A stretch of 64,000 nucleotides of DNA from assembly GCA_963823665.1 (NCBI GenBank), contig CAWGMQ010000004.1, forward strand, positions 2,816,001-2,880,000. Reading direction: 5' to 3'. Shown piece after piece: positions 30,880-41,259 of the stretch (the stretch's first letter is position 1; each line of letters opens with the position of its first letter). This DNA is from an uncultured Planctomycetota bacterium (GTDB lineage: Bacteria > Planctomycetota > Planctomycetia > Isosphaerales > Isosphaeraceae). The translations under genes and the position numbers were made by a program. The notes under the pieces were generated by a model, which worked only from the letters and a program-made list of their open reading frames with translations, did not search any database and had not been told where the DNA came from.

Positions 30880-33027
30880 GTTATTGCCTTCGCGGCATTT
30901 TCGGCCGATTCGTCTTCGATCTCCTTTGCGGTGTCCAGCTCCTGCTGCGCGGCTTTGAGCTCCTCGAAGACGCCGCGAGGCGAGCTGATGAAAAGCAGTC
31001 CGTCGTGCACGCAATAGGCGAGGTCCAGTTGTTTGAGCATCAGCCGTAGCGTGGTCTTGAGGGGGATGCCTTCGAGCTCCAGGCCCTTGATGGTGCCGGT
31101 CGCAAGATTTCCCTGGACGTCCTCGAGACCCTGGGGGTCGACGTAAATGGGAATGCCCCCGTACGTTTTGGACGTCGTGGCCTGCTTGATGTATTTGAGG
31201 ACATCCTCGAGCGGCGTTTCCGCGAGGAAGGACATCGAGATGGGCTCATCCAGCGCCTTGTGGATCATCTTGCTCTTGGGATTCTTGTCACGGATTGCAA
31301 ATTCGGTGGCGGCGCTGACGATGGCGAGCGATAGGGCGCTGCCGCGGGCTCCGCCGGGGCCGCCCTTGCCGTCCATCATCGCCGCCATACCGCCGGCCAT
31401 ACCGCTGCCCATCACGCCGGCTTGACCGGCAGCACCGGGCTGCGCGGCCATGCCGCCGGCAGCACCGCCTGCGCCGCCACTTTCTGAAGCCTGACCGCCT
31501 GCGGAGCCTCCGCCGCCCGCGCCCATGGCTGGTGCCTTTACGTCGACACCGCGCCGGCCGCCGGGAGGCATGCCCATCATTCCGCCGCCCATCATACCGC
31601 CGCCCATCATTCCGCCGCGATTCGGGCGGCGTTGCATGGACCGCATCTGCTGCTGCATCATTTGCTGCATCATTCCCATTCCAGCAGCGGGCCTTGATGG
31701 TTCGGTCGCGAGCAGGCCCTCGGCCTCATCGAGTTTTTCGCGGGCGGCTTCTGCACTCACCGTCTGGTTCTGAGCGGTCGGCGGGAGCGCCTTGATCTTG
31801 TCGTGGAGCTTTTTCATCCGGTCGCGGTGGGCAGTTCGCACGGCGTGTTCTTCGCCCTCATTGGCGGCGACGACCAGCTCGGCCGAGAGCATCAGGCTCG
31901 ACCAGCGGCTCAATCGCTCGACGGTATCAGCAGAATCGTCGATCGGCTCCGAAAGCATACGATCAAACAATTGATTGATGGCGGCGGATTGGGATTTGCC
32001 ACCCGGAGAAACCGAGGCAGCGGATTTGGCAGCGGGTGTAGCGGCGGCGCCCTTGGCGCTCTGGCGATCGAGCTGCGCGGTGCCTCCGGCGCCCGATCCA
32101 CCGCCTAGCTGAGTTGCTCCGATGACGACTCCGGTCGCGAGCGTGCCTGCGAGTAGAAGCGATCCGGCGGCGATTCTGACTTGATTCCAGGCCATGGTGT
32201 GTAGAACTCCCTCGGCTAATGCGGTGACGGGAATTGAGATGGACGAGCCCCAGGCGAGTGATGCGGTTGCGCTGCTCGCCAGTGCGAGGGCAGCGCGTGC
32301 CGTGGACAACTCCAGCGCGGCGGGGACAGCAGCCTGGGCGTGGGGCGCTGCGAGCTGCGCTGCCAGCGCCGCGGTGGAGAGTGCCAGGCCTCGCCGGGTC
32401 AAGCGACGCCGGAGCAGCTCGCGTGCGCGGGAGAGCCGCCCCTTGACTGTCCCCAGGGGACAGCCCATCCGGCTGGCGGCCTCATCGTGAGTGAGCCCCT
32501 CGAAATAGCAGAGCACGACCGGGGTGCGGTACTTTTCCGGCAAGTGGCTGACTTCTTGATGGAGCCAGGGAGCCGGTTCAGTTTCCAAGTGTGCGGACGG
32601 ATCGATATCCGCACGGGCCAATTCCTCGGCGGCGACCAGCTTTTCGATCGATCCCTGGCGCGCCGAAGCGACCCATTCGCCTGGCCGCCTGACCGCGGGC
32701 TCGCATTGCCACGCGAATGGCGACGCCGTAGAGCCAGTTGGCCAGAAGGTCGCATTGCCTGAGCGTTGCCGCTTTACGAACCAAGACGAGAAACGTGGCC
32801 TGAAAGGCGTCGTCGACATCGTTCGGGTCGCGAAGCAGGCTGCGGCATACGCCCAGAACCATCGGCCCATGACGCGCTACCAAGATTTCAAAGGCCGACT
32901 CGTCACGGGCTCGGACGAAGCGGTCGAGCAACTCTCCTTCGGAGAGGCCGATCGAACTGCCTTCAAGGAAGAGCCGCCCGATCTGCTGCATCACTGCGCC
33001 GCTACGGAGACCTCGCAGCCGCAACAT
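30880..33027 (-). CDS. ECF RNA polymerase sigma factor with long C-terminal extension (frameshift near 32.7 kb; 3' end approximate)
   Basis: Region 2 [28 protein letters not shown]; region 4 [36 protein letters not shown] segment, Gly/Met-rich linker, STN-like [14 protein letters not shown] domain. Confidence 0.8.
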
Positions 33028-33225
33028 GCGTTGCTCCTCGGATTGTTTGCCGGGATCTCGACGCGGAATCACGCCGAAAAACGGCTCACCTATCTTATAC
33101 TCCCGATAGAGGGTCTCAGAGATACGCGGACTTGGCAAAAAGTGAAGTCTTCGATAAGAATCGCGCGCGATGGCGAGTGTTTTTCGGACAGATAAAGACC
33201 GAGACGAGCGGGTTGTAATTCCTGA

Positions 33226-33687
33226 TTATCGGATATGCAGGAGTTTGCGAGCCCGATCCAGGAGCGATGACCAGGGCAAGTCGAGATCGAACCGCAATTC
33301 GTCCGGCTCATCGCCGAGTGCCTCCGGCCGACCTGCCTCGTCCACCTGGACAAATTGCATGATGCCATCCATCCATGCTGACGCCTGATCGATTTGAAAG
33401 GATCCGTGGAGGGCGACGATGATCTGGGCGCGGGCGCGATGAATTTCGCGGCCCCTGATCTGGACGACCTGGCCGACGGGGACTGGTTCATAGCAGCGAA
33501 TATCGAGCACTCGTTTGAGGACGAGGTTCGCATTCATGCCGGCGGCTCGAAAGGCGGTGGCGTAGCCTGCTTCGAGGGCGAGCGAGAGCAGAGCGCCGGC
33601 GTAGAGCGTGCCGTGGTGGTTCGCATCACGAGGCAGAACAAGTCTGTGGGTAAGGGTTTCGGCGTCAACCGGGTTCAGATCGGCCAT
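33226..33687 (-). CDS. Acyl-CoA thioesterase (hotdog fold)
   Basis: VLPRDANHHGTLYAGALL, PVPVGQVV, FVQVDEAGRP. Confidence 0.85.
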   Translation of the reverse strand: MADLNPVDAETLTHRLVLPRDANHHGTLYAGALLSLALEAGYATAFRAAGMNANLVLKRVLDIRCYEPVPVGQVVQIRGREIHRARAQIIVALHGSFQIDQASAWMDGIMQFVQVDEAGRPEALGDEPDELRFDLDLPWSSLLDRARKLLHIR

Positions 33688-33722
33688 GAGAGAGGAGCCT
33701 GCCGATTGGTGGAGTAACAATG

Positions 33723-33752
33723 AAAAAACCCCCGTAAGCGAAGGGGGTTTTT
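33723..33752. terminator. Intrinsic terminator downstream of tRNA-Met
   Basis: AAAAAACCCCC-GTAAGCGAA-GGGGGTTTTT. Confidence 0.8.
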
Positions 33753-33776
33753 GAACTCACTTTTGCAGGACAACAG

Positions 33777-33849
33777 TTGCGCCGGTAGGAATCGAACCTA
33801 CGACCTCCAGGTTATGAGCCTGGCGAGCTAGCCGCTGCTCCACGGCGCA
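33777..33849 (-). tRNA. tRNA-Met(CAT), probably initiator type
   Basis: TGCGCCG/CGGCGCA acceptor, GGAGCAGCGGCTAGCTC D-arm, CCAGG-CTCATAA-CCTGG anticodon arm, GGTTCGATTCC T-arm; no encoded CCA. Confidence 0.92.
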
Positions 33850-34078
33850 TTTCAATTCTAGCCGCGTGACTCCAGGAGGGAAAGAACTTTTTTGTAAGGT
33901 AGTGAGTGTCACCGGCTTTCCCTGGACCGTAGAGATGTTGTGGCATGATTGATCGCAAGTCATCGCGACGACGTGCGAATCACCGGTGGTAAGGAAAGGT
34001 CAAGGAATCGCCGACAAAGAGAGGAGGGTGGCAAGCCGAGAGGTGTTGCCTGATGAGTTGTTGCGAGGAGCGTGTCCA

Positions 34079-34963
34079 ATGGATGGTTCGGTCCGAGCGT
34101 ATCTCCACCACTTGAAAGCTGAGCGACGGCGTTCAGTGCATACGGTTCGGTCGTACCAGCACGACCTCGACATTTATTGCGGGTATGTTCGTGAAGTTTT
34201 CGGTGAGGCAGCGGACCCGGCGTCTACCGATCCGGTTCGCCTACGGCGATATTCGGCGTGGTTAGCCGGTCAAGGGTATGCCGCGACGACGGTCGCACGG
34301 CGGCTGGCGAGCCTGCGTTCTTACTTTCGCTATCTGCGGCGAAATGGGTTAGTTTTGTCGGATCCTGCGGTGAGTCTTCGAAATCCCAAGCAGCCGCGGC
34401 GACTTCCTCGACTGCTCTGTGTCGACGACGTGATCCGGCTTCTGGACGCGATTCCGGGCGACACTCCTGCGAGCGTGCGAGATCGCGCCATGCTCGAGAC
34501 ACTTTACGGCGGTGGATTACGCGTCAGCGAGCTGGTCGGGTTGAACCTGGACGATCTGGATTTTGATCAGGAGCTGGTGCGAGTGAGGGGCAAGGGGCGA
34601 CGAGAGCGACTCTGTCCGATCGGTGAGATGGCGGCACGATGGCTCAAAGGCTGGATATCCCTGAGGAAGCCCGAGAGGGCCGGCGAGAAGGCGGTTTTTC
34701 TGAATCAACGTGGCAGTCGGCTAAGCTCGCGAAGTGTAGGCAGACTGCTCGAGGCGCACCTACAAAAGGCGGGGCTCTCGAGTGCCGCGAGCCCTCACAC
34801 CTTGCGACACAGTTTTGCGACGCACCTGCTTGACCGCGGAGCCGATCTCCGGAGCGTGCAGGAGCTGCTAGGCCATCGCCATCTGACCACGACGCAGATC
34901 TATTTGCACGTCACGCCGGAACGATTGCTGGATATTTATCAGAAGGCTCACCCTCGCGCCTGA
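34079..34963 (+). CDS. xerC: Tyrosine recombinase XerC (start may lie further upstream)
   Basis: SVHTVRSY..DL, RDRAMLETLYGGGLRVSEL, GKGRRER, PHTLRHSFATHLL..GADLRSVQELLGH..LTTTQIY. Confidence 0.85.
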   Translation: MDGSVRAYLHHLKAERRRSVHTVRSYQHDLDIYCGYVREVFGEAADPASTDPVRLRRYSAWLAGQGYAATTVARRLASLRSYFRYLRRNGLVLSDPAVSLRNPKQPRRLPRLLCVDDVIRLLDAIPGDTPASVRDRAMLETLYGGGLRVSELVGLNLDDLDFDQELVRVRGKGRRERLCPIGEMAARWLKGWISLRKPERAGEKAVFLNQRGSRLSSRSVGRLLEAHLQKAGLSSAASPHTLRHSFATHLLDRGADLRSVQELLGHRHLTTTQIYLHVTPERLLDIYQKAHPRA

Positions 34964-35492
34964 GGAATAACGATGGGAAAGGAGAGAACGGAGATCAAAC
35001 GAACGAGTTTCGATGAAGGCCCGATGTAGAAACCTCCCCGCTTCGATCTGCCCCGCGTGCCTGCGCGGTCGCGCGATACCGCGGACCCTGCTGCTCCTGC
35101 TTTCCGTTGATTCGCTTACCATCGTAATATCTTCGAAAACCTGATCGCGAGTCGGCGCCTCTTCTCCTCAACAGGAAAGTGGGCTGGCGAGGAGTCTTTG
35201 CGGCCTCCAATTGTTGATGGGATCGTGAATGCTTGTTTGACGATGATGCTTGCGTGACATAGAAGTTTCATAAGAACGACGAGGTGCCTTGCCTGGCGAA
35301 ATACGACCTCCTGCCGCATCAGCAGATTTCTGTGGGTTGAACCCACGGGAGCCGAAGTCAAATTCTGGGCCCCTCGCCGGTTTTTCCGCGAGAAGCCATG
35401 TAGACGTGTGATTTGCCGATCGCGTGGTTATTCTCAAGGAGGAGGGATGAGTTCGTGACACTGGCACGAACGCATGTTGAGAGATTAACCTC

Positions 35493-37082
35493 ATGCACAA
35501 GCTTCGGATCTTGATTCTGTACCCGGACAGCGCCGGCCTTGCGCTTTTGACCTCGATGCTCAAGTCGCTGGGCCACATCATCGAAGAGGCGACAACCGAT
35601 CGTGCCGCGGTGCGGTCAATGGAGCGCAACGAGATCGATCTGGTGCTCGCGGGTGTCGATCCGCTGGACGCCGACGCACTCGAGTTGCTGATGTACGTGC
35701 GGCGGAAGCACCGCGAAGTGCCCGTGATTCTATTGTTCCCGCGGCTTCATCCGGAACGTGCGAAAGAGGCGCTGCGGTTGGGGGCAATGGCGGTGCTGAA
35801 GTACCCGGTACCGGCTGCCGAGCTCCGTGCGGCGGTGTTGCAGGCGCTCGAGCGATCGGAGACTCGCCATGTCGAGGCGACGGGACCAGCATCCGCATCC
35901 GCAACAGCTCCCGCGGCCACCCTGCCCAAATTGGCGGCCGTCCCGGCGGCGGCGAACGAATCGTCGCCGGTTGCGGCTCGCCCTGCCGTGGCGAGCCCGC
36001 TGAATTCGCGACCGTCAGTGTCTGTGCCCGTACCGGTGCCGGCTTCAGCGGCATCGGCCGCGATTGTTCCGTCGCACCGAGTTGAGCAACATGTCCGGGA
36101 GATCGGCCTGGTCGGCAACGATCCGAGCTGGCGCCAGGTGATCGATCTCGCCGTCACGATCGCGGGCACACGAAGCTCCGTGCTGATCAAGGGTGAGCCC
36201 GGAACCGGCAAATCCCTCGTAGCGCAGTTGATTCACTCGCTCGGCCTGACGCCGGAGCGACCGTTCGTCACGGTCGAAGGGTCGGCGATGGCCGACGAGC
36301 ATTCGATGCAACAGCCGGACGATCTCTCAGCTTCCGCTGGAACGAACCACTCGCTCGATTGGTCGAGCAAGACGGCTGCTGCATCCGGCGGCACTCTCTA
36401 CCTGCATGAAGTCGCGGCGTTGCCGCTGGAGCTGCAGCTTCACCTGCTTCGCGAACTGCAATTTCGAGATTATGAGGCGAGCTCGGGCCACGCTCCCCAG
36501 CACTCCGAGGCACGGCTCATCATGTCGACCAGCGAAAACCTGACGAGCATGATTGACCAGGGGCGTTTCCGGCAGGAGTTGTATCACCGCATCAGCGTGA
36601 TCAGCCTCATGCTGCCTCCGCTACGGCACCGAGGGACCGACGTGGAGCTGCTGGCGGAGTGGTTTCGGGGCCATTATGCCCGGGAGTTTCACAAGTCGGT
36701 GGCCGGCTTTACCCGCGATGCGCTCGAGGTGCTGCAGAAGCACGACTGGCCCGGCAACGTGCGCGAGCTTGCGGCGGCGATCCAGCGTGCCGTCGCGCTG
36801 TGCAACGGTCCGCGAATCACGTCAAATCACCTGGCTCCGATCCTGAACCACAACCGTCAGGCCCGTGCCGGTGGCGCGACGCCCCGTCCGCACTTGAAGA
36901 TGGGCGTCCGGCCGCTCAAGGAAGCGCTCGAGGAACCCGAAAAGCGCATCATCATCGAGGCGCTTCACGCCTTCAACTGGAATCGGCAGGAGACCGCGCG
37001 AGTGCTCGACATTAACCGCACTACTCTGTACAAGAAGATGAAGAAGTATAACCTGATCGATGAGACGGTGTGGGTGAATTGA
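35493..37082 (+). CDS. NtrC/Fis-family regulator with degenerate receiver and AAA+ domains
   Basis: Receiver-like N-terminus lacking the acidic/phospho-Asp residues; GEPGTGKS; LYLHEV; WPGNVREL; C-terminal HTH; no GAFTGA. Confidence 0.85.
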   Translation: MHKLRILILYPDSAGLALLTSMLKSLGHIIEEATTDRAAVRSMERNEIDLVLAGVDPLDADALELLMYVRRKHREVPVILLFPRLHPERAKEALRLGAMAVLKYPVPAAELRAAVLQALERSETRHVEATGPASASATAPAATLPKLAAVPAAANESSPVAARPAVASPLNSRPSVSVPVPVPASAASAAIVPSHRVEQHVREIGLVGNDPSWRQVIDLAVTIAGTRSSVLIKGEPGTGKSLVAQLIHSLGLTPERPFVTVEGSAMADEHSMQQPDDLSASAGTNHSLDWSSKTAAASGGTLYLHEVAALPLELQLHLLRELQFRDYEASSGHAPQHSEARLIMSTSENLTSMIDQGRFRQELYHRISVISLMLPPLRHRGTDVELLAEWFRGHYAREFHKSVAGFTRDALEVLQKHDWPGNVRELAAAIQRAVALCNGPRITSNHLAPILNHNRQARAGGATPRPHLKMGVRPLKEALEEPEKRIIIEALHAFNWNRQETARVLDINRTTLYKKMKKYNLIDETVWVN

Positions 37083-37234
37083 GCTGGTTTGGTGTGGGGG
37101 CGTGAGGACGCACTTTTGCGGAGCGAAAGGCGACGATGACGATGGCCCTTCGCGGAGTGAAGGGCGACAGAGAATGGTTGGGCGGAAGACGCATTTTCGC
37201 GGCGCGAAAGGCTAACAATGACGGCTTCCTTCGT

Positions 37235-38029
37235 TTACTGCGCGGCCTGGGCCGGTAGCTGGACGACGCGAGTTTCGGCCTTACCGGTTCGGATATTCAC
37301 AAATTCGACGCTGGTTTGATCGATGTGGGCCAGCACATCCTCGGGCTTCGTGATGGGCTGGCTGTCCAGCCTGATGATCATGTCGCCCAGCTCGAGGCCT
37401 ATGGCGGCCGCGGGAACGTTGCCTGTCGCTGTGCGGCTGAGCCGCGCACCGATCGTGCCTCCTGCGAGCGGGATGGGTTGATAGTGAATACCCAGGTTCG
37501 GAGCAAAGATCTCCCTCGGGACCTCTGGCGGCAATGGTGTAAAGGGTGGCAGCTCCATCACTGCCGATTGCGGCTTGCCGGTGCGCACATTGATGAAAAC
37601 GACGTCAGTCCGTGCGTGGTGGTTCATGACGTCGACAGCCATTCTTATCGGCAGCGAGTCGAGGAGGCAGATGGTGTCCCCTGGCTCGAGGCGGAGCTGG
37701 GCCGCACCCGAGCCGGCGATGGGATCACGAGACAGCCGCGCGCCGGCAGCGTCGCCGACACTCACCAACTGGAAGTAGATGCCGATGTTGGCGCGAAGTA
37801 TTCTCGCTGGGCGAGCTGCCGGCGCGGCTCGCCGAGGGAGAACGCTCGCGGAACCTGGTCGAGCTGGTTCTGGAGGATCGAGCGCAAGCGGGCGTTGACG
37901 GATTCCGGGACGAGTTTGAGAACGCCTTGCTTGAAGCTGCGGTATCCGGCCTGTGTTTCCAGCCGGACGTGCTCGAAGAGCTCGGTCCAGGCGAGGAACC
38001 CGTCTTTGTTGCTGTCGCAGGTCTCGATT
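37235..38029 (-). pseudogene. 5'-truncated gene: caspase-like C-terminal segment plus two PDZ-like domains
   Basis: Immediately after the ilvB stop it reads DSNKDGFLAWTELFEHVRLET...QNQLDQVPRAF, then two FAPN.GI.Y/F...GARLSR...LE.GD.I..LD repeats; no start codon or N-terminus. Confidence 0.5.
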
Positions 38030-39805
38030 TCAGCTCTTGATGATATCGCGCACGGTCATGCCGGCCGGGATCATCGGCAGGACATGTTCCTGGTAGGGAA
38101 CCAAGACGTCGAGCACGAACGGGCCGTTGTGCGCGATCATTTCGGCCAGCGCATCGTTCACTTCGTCCTTGCGGCGAATCCGGCGGGCGCTGACGCCGAA
38201 GCCGTGGGCGATCTCGACGAAATCGGGATAGATGGCCTCGGGGAATTCGGTCTCGCCGCGGCCCCTGGCCTCGGGCTGATCGATGGGGCCCAGGTAGGTG
38301 TGTGCCCGATTGCTGTCGTAGAATCGGTCTTCCCACTGCACGACCATGCCGAGATGCTGGTTGTTGAGAACGATGACCTTGACGGGGAGCTTTTCGCAGT
38401 AAACCGTTGCGAGTTCCTGGATGTTCATGAGAAAGCTGCCGTCGCCGTCGATGTCGACGACGAGCGCGCCTGGGACAGCAGCCTGAGCGCCCATCGCCGC
38501 CGGCAGGCCGTAACCCATCGAGCCCAGGCCACCGGAGGTGATCCAGGTGCGCGGATGTTTGAAGCGAGTCCACTGAGCGGCCCACATCTGATGCTGGCCG
38601 ACGCCGGTTGTCATGATGAATTCGCCGCCGGCAATGGCCGAGAGCCGCTCGAGAACAAACTGGGGCAGGATCAAGTCGTCGCGATCTTCATAAGTCATCG
38701 GGTCGCTGGCGCGCCACTCGTCGATCTGGTGGTGCCAATCGGAGCAGTCAAGCGGCGTCAACCTGGGATTGATCGCCCGCAAGAACGATTTCACGTCGCT
38801 GTGAATCGGTATATGGGCGAACTTGTTCTTGTTGATCTCGGAGGCGTCGATGTCGACGTGAACGATCTTGCCGTGCTTGGCAAACTCGGAGAGCTTGCCA
38901 GTGACGCGGTCGTCGAATCGCACGCCGAGAGCCAGCAGCAAGTCGGCCTCGTTGACGGCGTAGTTGGCATAAACCGTGCCGTGCATTCCTAGCATGTTGA
39001 GGGAGAGGTAGTGGTCGCTGGGGATGGATCCCAGACCATGGACGGTCATGGCCACGGGGATTCCGGTTCTGGTCGCAAACTCGCGCAGCTCCTCGGCCGC
39101 ATCGGAGGCGATGACGCCTCCGCCGCAGTAGATGATCGGTTTACGGCTCGAAGCCAGCGCCGCGAGCACCTCGTCGATCTTGGCGGGCGAAGGGGGCGGC
39201 GGAAGGCGGTAGCCGGGCAGATCCATGGGCACGTCGTAGACCGGGTTGGCGACGACGGTGTTCTGAACGTCCTTGGGAACGTCGATCAGGACGGGCCCCG
39301 GCCGGCCGGTGCGGGCCAGGTGAAAGGCTTCGCGTACCACGCGTGCGATGTCCCTGGCGTCCTGAACCAGGTAATGGTGCTTGGTGATGGCGCGCGAAAC
39401 CTCCACCATGGGTGTTTCCTGAAAGGCGTCGGTGCCGATGACGTGCCGGGGAACCTGGCCAGTGACGGCGACCAAGGGGACGGAGTCCATCTTGGCGTCG
39501 GCGAGACCGGTCACCAGGTTGAGCGCTCCGGGTCCGGACGTGGCCATCACCACGCCGGGTTTGCCGCTGGCCCGCGCGTAACCCTCAGCCGCGAAGATCC
39601 CTCCTTGTTCGTGGCGGGGCAAGATGGTGCGGATGCGGTCGCTGTAACGGGTGAGAGCCTGGTGCATCGGCATACTCGCGCCGCCGGGATAGGCGAAGAC
39701 GACGTCGACATCGTGGCGCACGAGCGATTCGACGAGGACATCCGCTCCCGTAAATGGCCTGGCTGCGGTCTTGGTTACGGTCCGGCGATCGTCGATAGCG
39801 GCCAC
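38030..39805 (-). CDS. ilvB: Acetolactate synthase large (catalytic) subunit
   Basis: [61 protein letters not shown]. Confidence 0.95.
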   Translation of the reverse strand: MAAIDDRRTVTKTAARPFTGADVLVESLVRHDVDVVFAYPGGASMPMHQALTRYSDRIRTILPRHEQGGIFAAEGYARASGKPGVVMATSGPGALNLVTGLADAKMDSVPLVAVTGQVPRHVIGTDAFQETPMVEVSRAITKHHYLVQDARDIARVVREAFHLARTGRPGPVLIDVPKDVQNTVVANPVYDVPMDLPGYRLPPPPSPAKIDEVLAALASSRKPIIYCGGGVIASDAAEELREFATRTGIPVAMTVHGLGSIPSDHYLSLNMLGMHGTVYANYAVNEADLLLALGVRFDDRVTGKLSEFAKHGKIVHVDIDASEINKNKFAHIPIHSDVKSFLRAINPRLTPLDCSDWHHQIDEWRASDPMTYEDRDDLILPQFVLERLSAIAGGEFIMTTGVGQHQMWAAQWTRFKHPRTWITSGGLGSMGYGLPAAMGAQAAVPGALVVDIDGDGSFLMNIQELATVYCEKLPVKVIVLNNQHLGMVVQWEDRFYDSNRAHTYLGPIDQPEARGRGETEFPEAIYPDFVEIAHGFGVSARRIRRKDEVNDALAEMIAHNGPFVLDVLVPYQEHVLPMIPAGMTVRDIIKS

Positions 39806-39934
39806 GGTGGATCCTCGCTCCCAGTTCAAACAACCGACAAAATACTCGCGCTAGCGCTCGGGCGGTCAGTCACTGCGCACGCTAAGATTCTACAATGCCA
39901 GTCTACTCCTGAACAATCCACGGAGACCGAAGGC

Positions 39935-40762
39935 ATGTTGTCGCGCGGGAACGCCGTTGTCACAGGCGCTTCTTCTGGAATTGGCCGGGAGCTCGTCCGT
40001 CAGCTCGTCTTGGGCCGCGGAATGACTGTGCTTGCGACAGCCAGACGCCGCGACCGGCTGGAAACGCTCGCTCGAGAGCTAACCCCCGGGCGCGTGCAGA
40101 TTTGCAGCGGCGACCTGGCTGATGCTGCGTTCCGGCAAACGCTGTGGGAACAGGCTGAATCGATGCCCGGGGGTATCGACCTGGTTATCAACAACGCGGG
40201 GCTGGGCAACTACTCCGACCTCGATGCCCAGGATCCCGAGGCGATCCGTCAGGTCATCGAGATCAACGTGATCGCGCTCGTCGACCTCACTCAGAAGGCG
40301 ATCCGGCACATGAAAAGCCGTGGCGCGGGGCAGATTCTGCAGATCTCCTCGGTTCTGGGCTTCATCGGCCTGCGTGACTCGGCCATTTACGTTGCGAGCA
40401 AACACGCGGTCAACGGTCTCGTCAAGAGCCTGCATTATGAGCTCCGGGGCACGGGCGTGCGGATCTGGGCCGCGTGCCCGGGCCGGACCGAGAGTGAGTT
40501 CCGCGGCGTCGCCCTGGGAGATAAGGCCGGTCGAGCGATCGAGAAATCTCACGGTGAGCCGACCGAGAAGATCGCGCGAGGGATCATCCGAGGGGTCGAC
40601 CGGCGGTCGACATTCGTGCTGCCGAGCTGGCGAGCCTGGACGATCGTGACGCTTGCGCACTGGCTGCCGGGACTCTTCGATTTTGTGATGGCCCGTTGGG
40701 GACCCAGCTCATACAAGGATGCACAGACCGAGGCGGCTCGAAAAGCCGCGAGCGCCCGATAA
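39935..40762 (+). CDS. SDR family oxidoreductase
   Basis: TGASSGIG, NNAGLG, YVASK. Confidence 0.9.
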   Translation: MLSRGNAVVTGASSGIGRELVRQLVLGRGMTVLATARRRDRLETLARELTPGRVQICSGDLADAAFRQTLWEQAESMPGGIDLVINNAGLGNYSDLDAQDPEAIRQVIEINVIALVDLTQKAIRHMKSRGAGQILQISSVLGFIGLRDSAIYVASKHAVNGLVKSLHYELRGTGVRIWAACPGRTESEFRGVALGDKAGRAIEKSHGEPTEKIARGIIRGVDRRSTFVLPSWRAWTIVTLAHWLPGLFDFVMARWGPSSYKDAQTEAARKAASAR

Positions 40763-40838
40763 TAGCGTATCTGGAGGGACGGGGCGTGCACCCGGGCGGG
40801 CGGCCCCGGAAGGTTCCGAATCTGAAGGGACGCGGGAT

Positions 40839-41156
40839 TCACTGCGTGTCCGGAGTGATGGGCTCCTTGAGAGACCGGAGGAAGTGAGTGCCTTTCCCTC
40901 TGGCTTTCAAGTCGGCCATGCAAGCTTCTGCGTCGGCCTTGCAGTTGTAATCGAAGGTTTTCACGGTTCTTCCGCCGACATCACAGACCGCCCAAACTAT
41001 GCGCATCCGCGGTCCTGTTGCGGGTTTGGGGCGCAGGGCAGGCTGCGAGGGAGCCCTCGGTGCTCTTCGCGAAGGGGGTTCATTCGATAGGCCCCTCGCC
41101 TCGGCAGCTTCCGCCTCCGCTCGCAGCTCGTGACGATTCAATGTGCGTCGTGCCAT
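40839..41156 (-). CDS. Conserved small hypothetical protein
   Basis: MARRTLNRHELRAEAEAAE...RMRIVWAVCD..KTFDY..KADAE..HFLRSLKEPI; GAGG RBS. Confidence 0.65.
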   Translation of the reverse strand: MARRTLNRHELRAEAEAAEARGLSNEPPSRRAPRAPSQPALRPKPATGPRMRIVWAVCDVGGRTVKTFDYNCKADAEACMADLKARGKGTHFLRSLKEPITPDTQ

Positions 41157-41184
41157 GAAACTTCGACCTCTCAAGAACAAGTTT

Positions 41185-41245
41185 GTCAGGCTGAAGCCTG
41201 ACCTACACCGGAATAACAGGATTGTAAGGCTAAAGCCTGACCTAC
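41185..41245. repeat. Two tandem GTAG-type REP-like palindromes
   Basis: GTCAGGCTGAAGCCTGACCTAC (41185-41206) and GTAAGGCTAAAGCCTGACCTAC (41224-41245). Confidence 0.7.
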
Positions 41246-41259
41246 ATTTTTCCTTGGAT

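Noticed and set aside
33777..34963. Integrase next to a tRNA as a prophage or island boundary
   Set aside because: The protein has housekeeping XerC signatures, and I saw no att duplication of the tRNA 3' end and no phage genes
37316..39934. Long plus-strand ORFs (558 aa, and the N-terminal part of the 583-aa ORF)
   Set aside because: Antisense shadows of ilvB in GC-rich DNA; only 39935-40762 has SDR motifs
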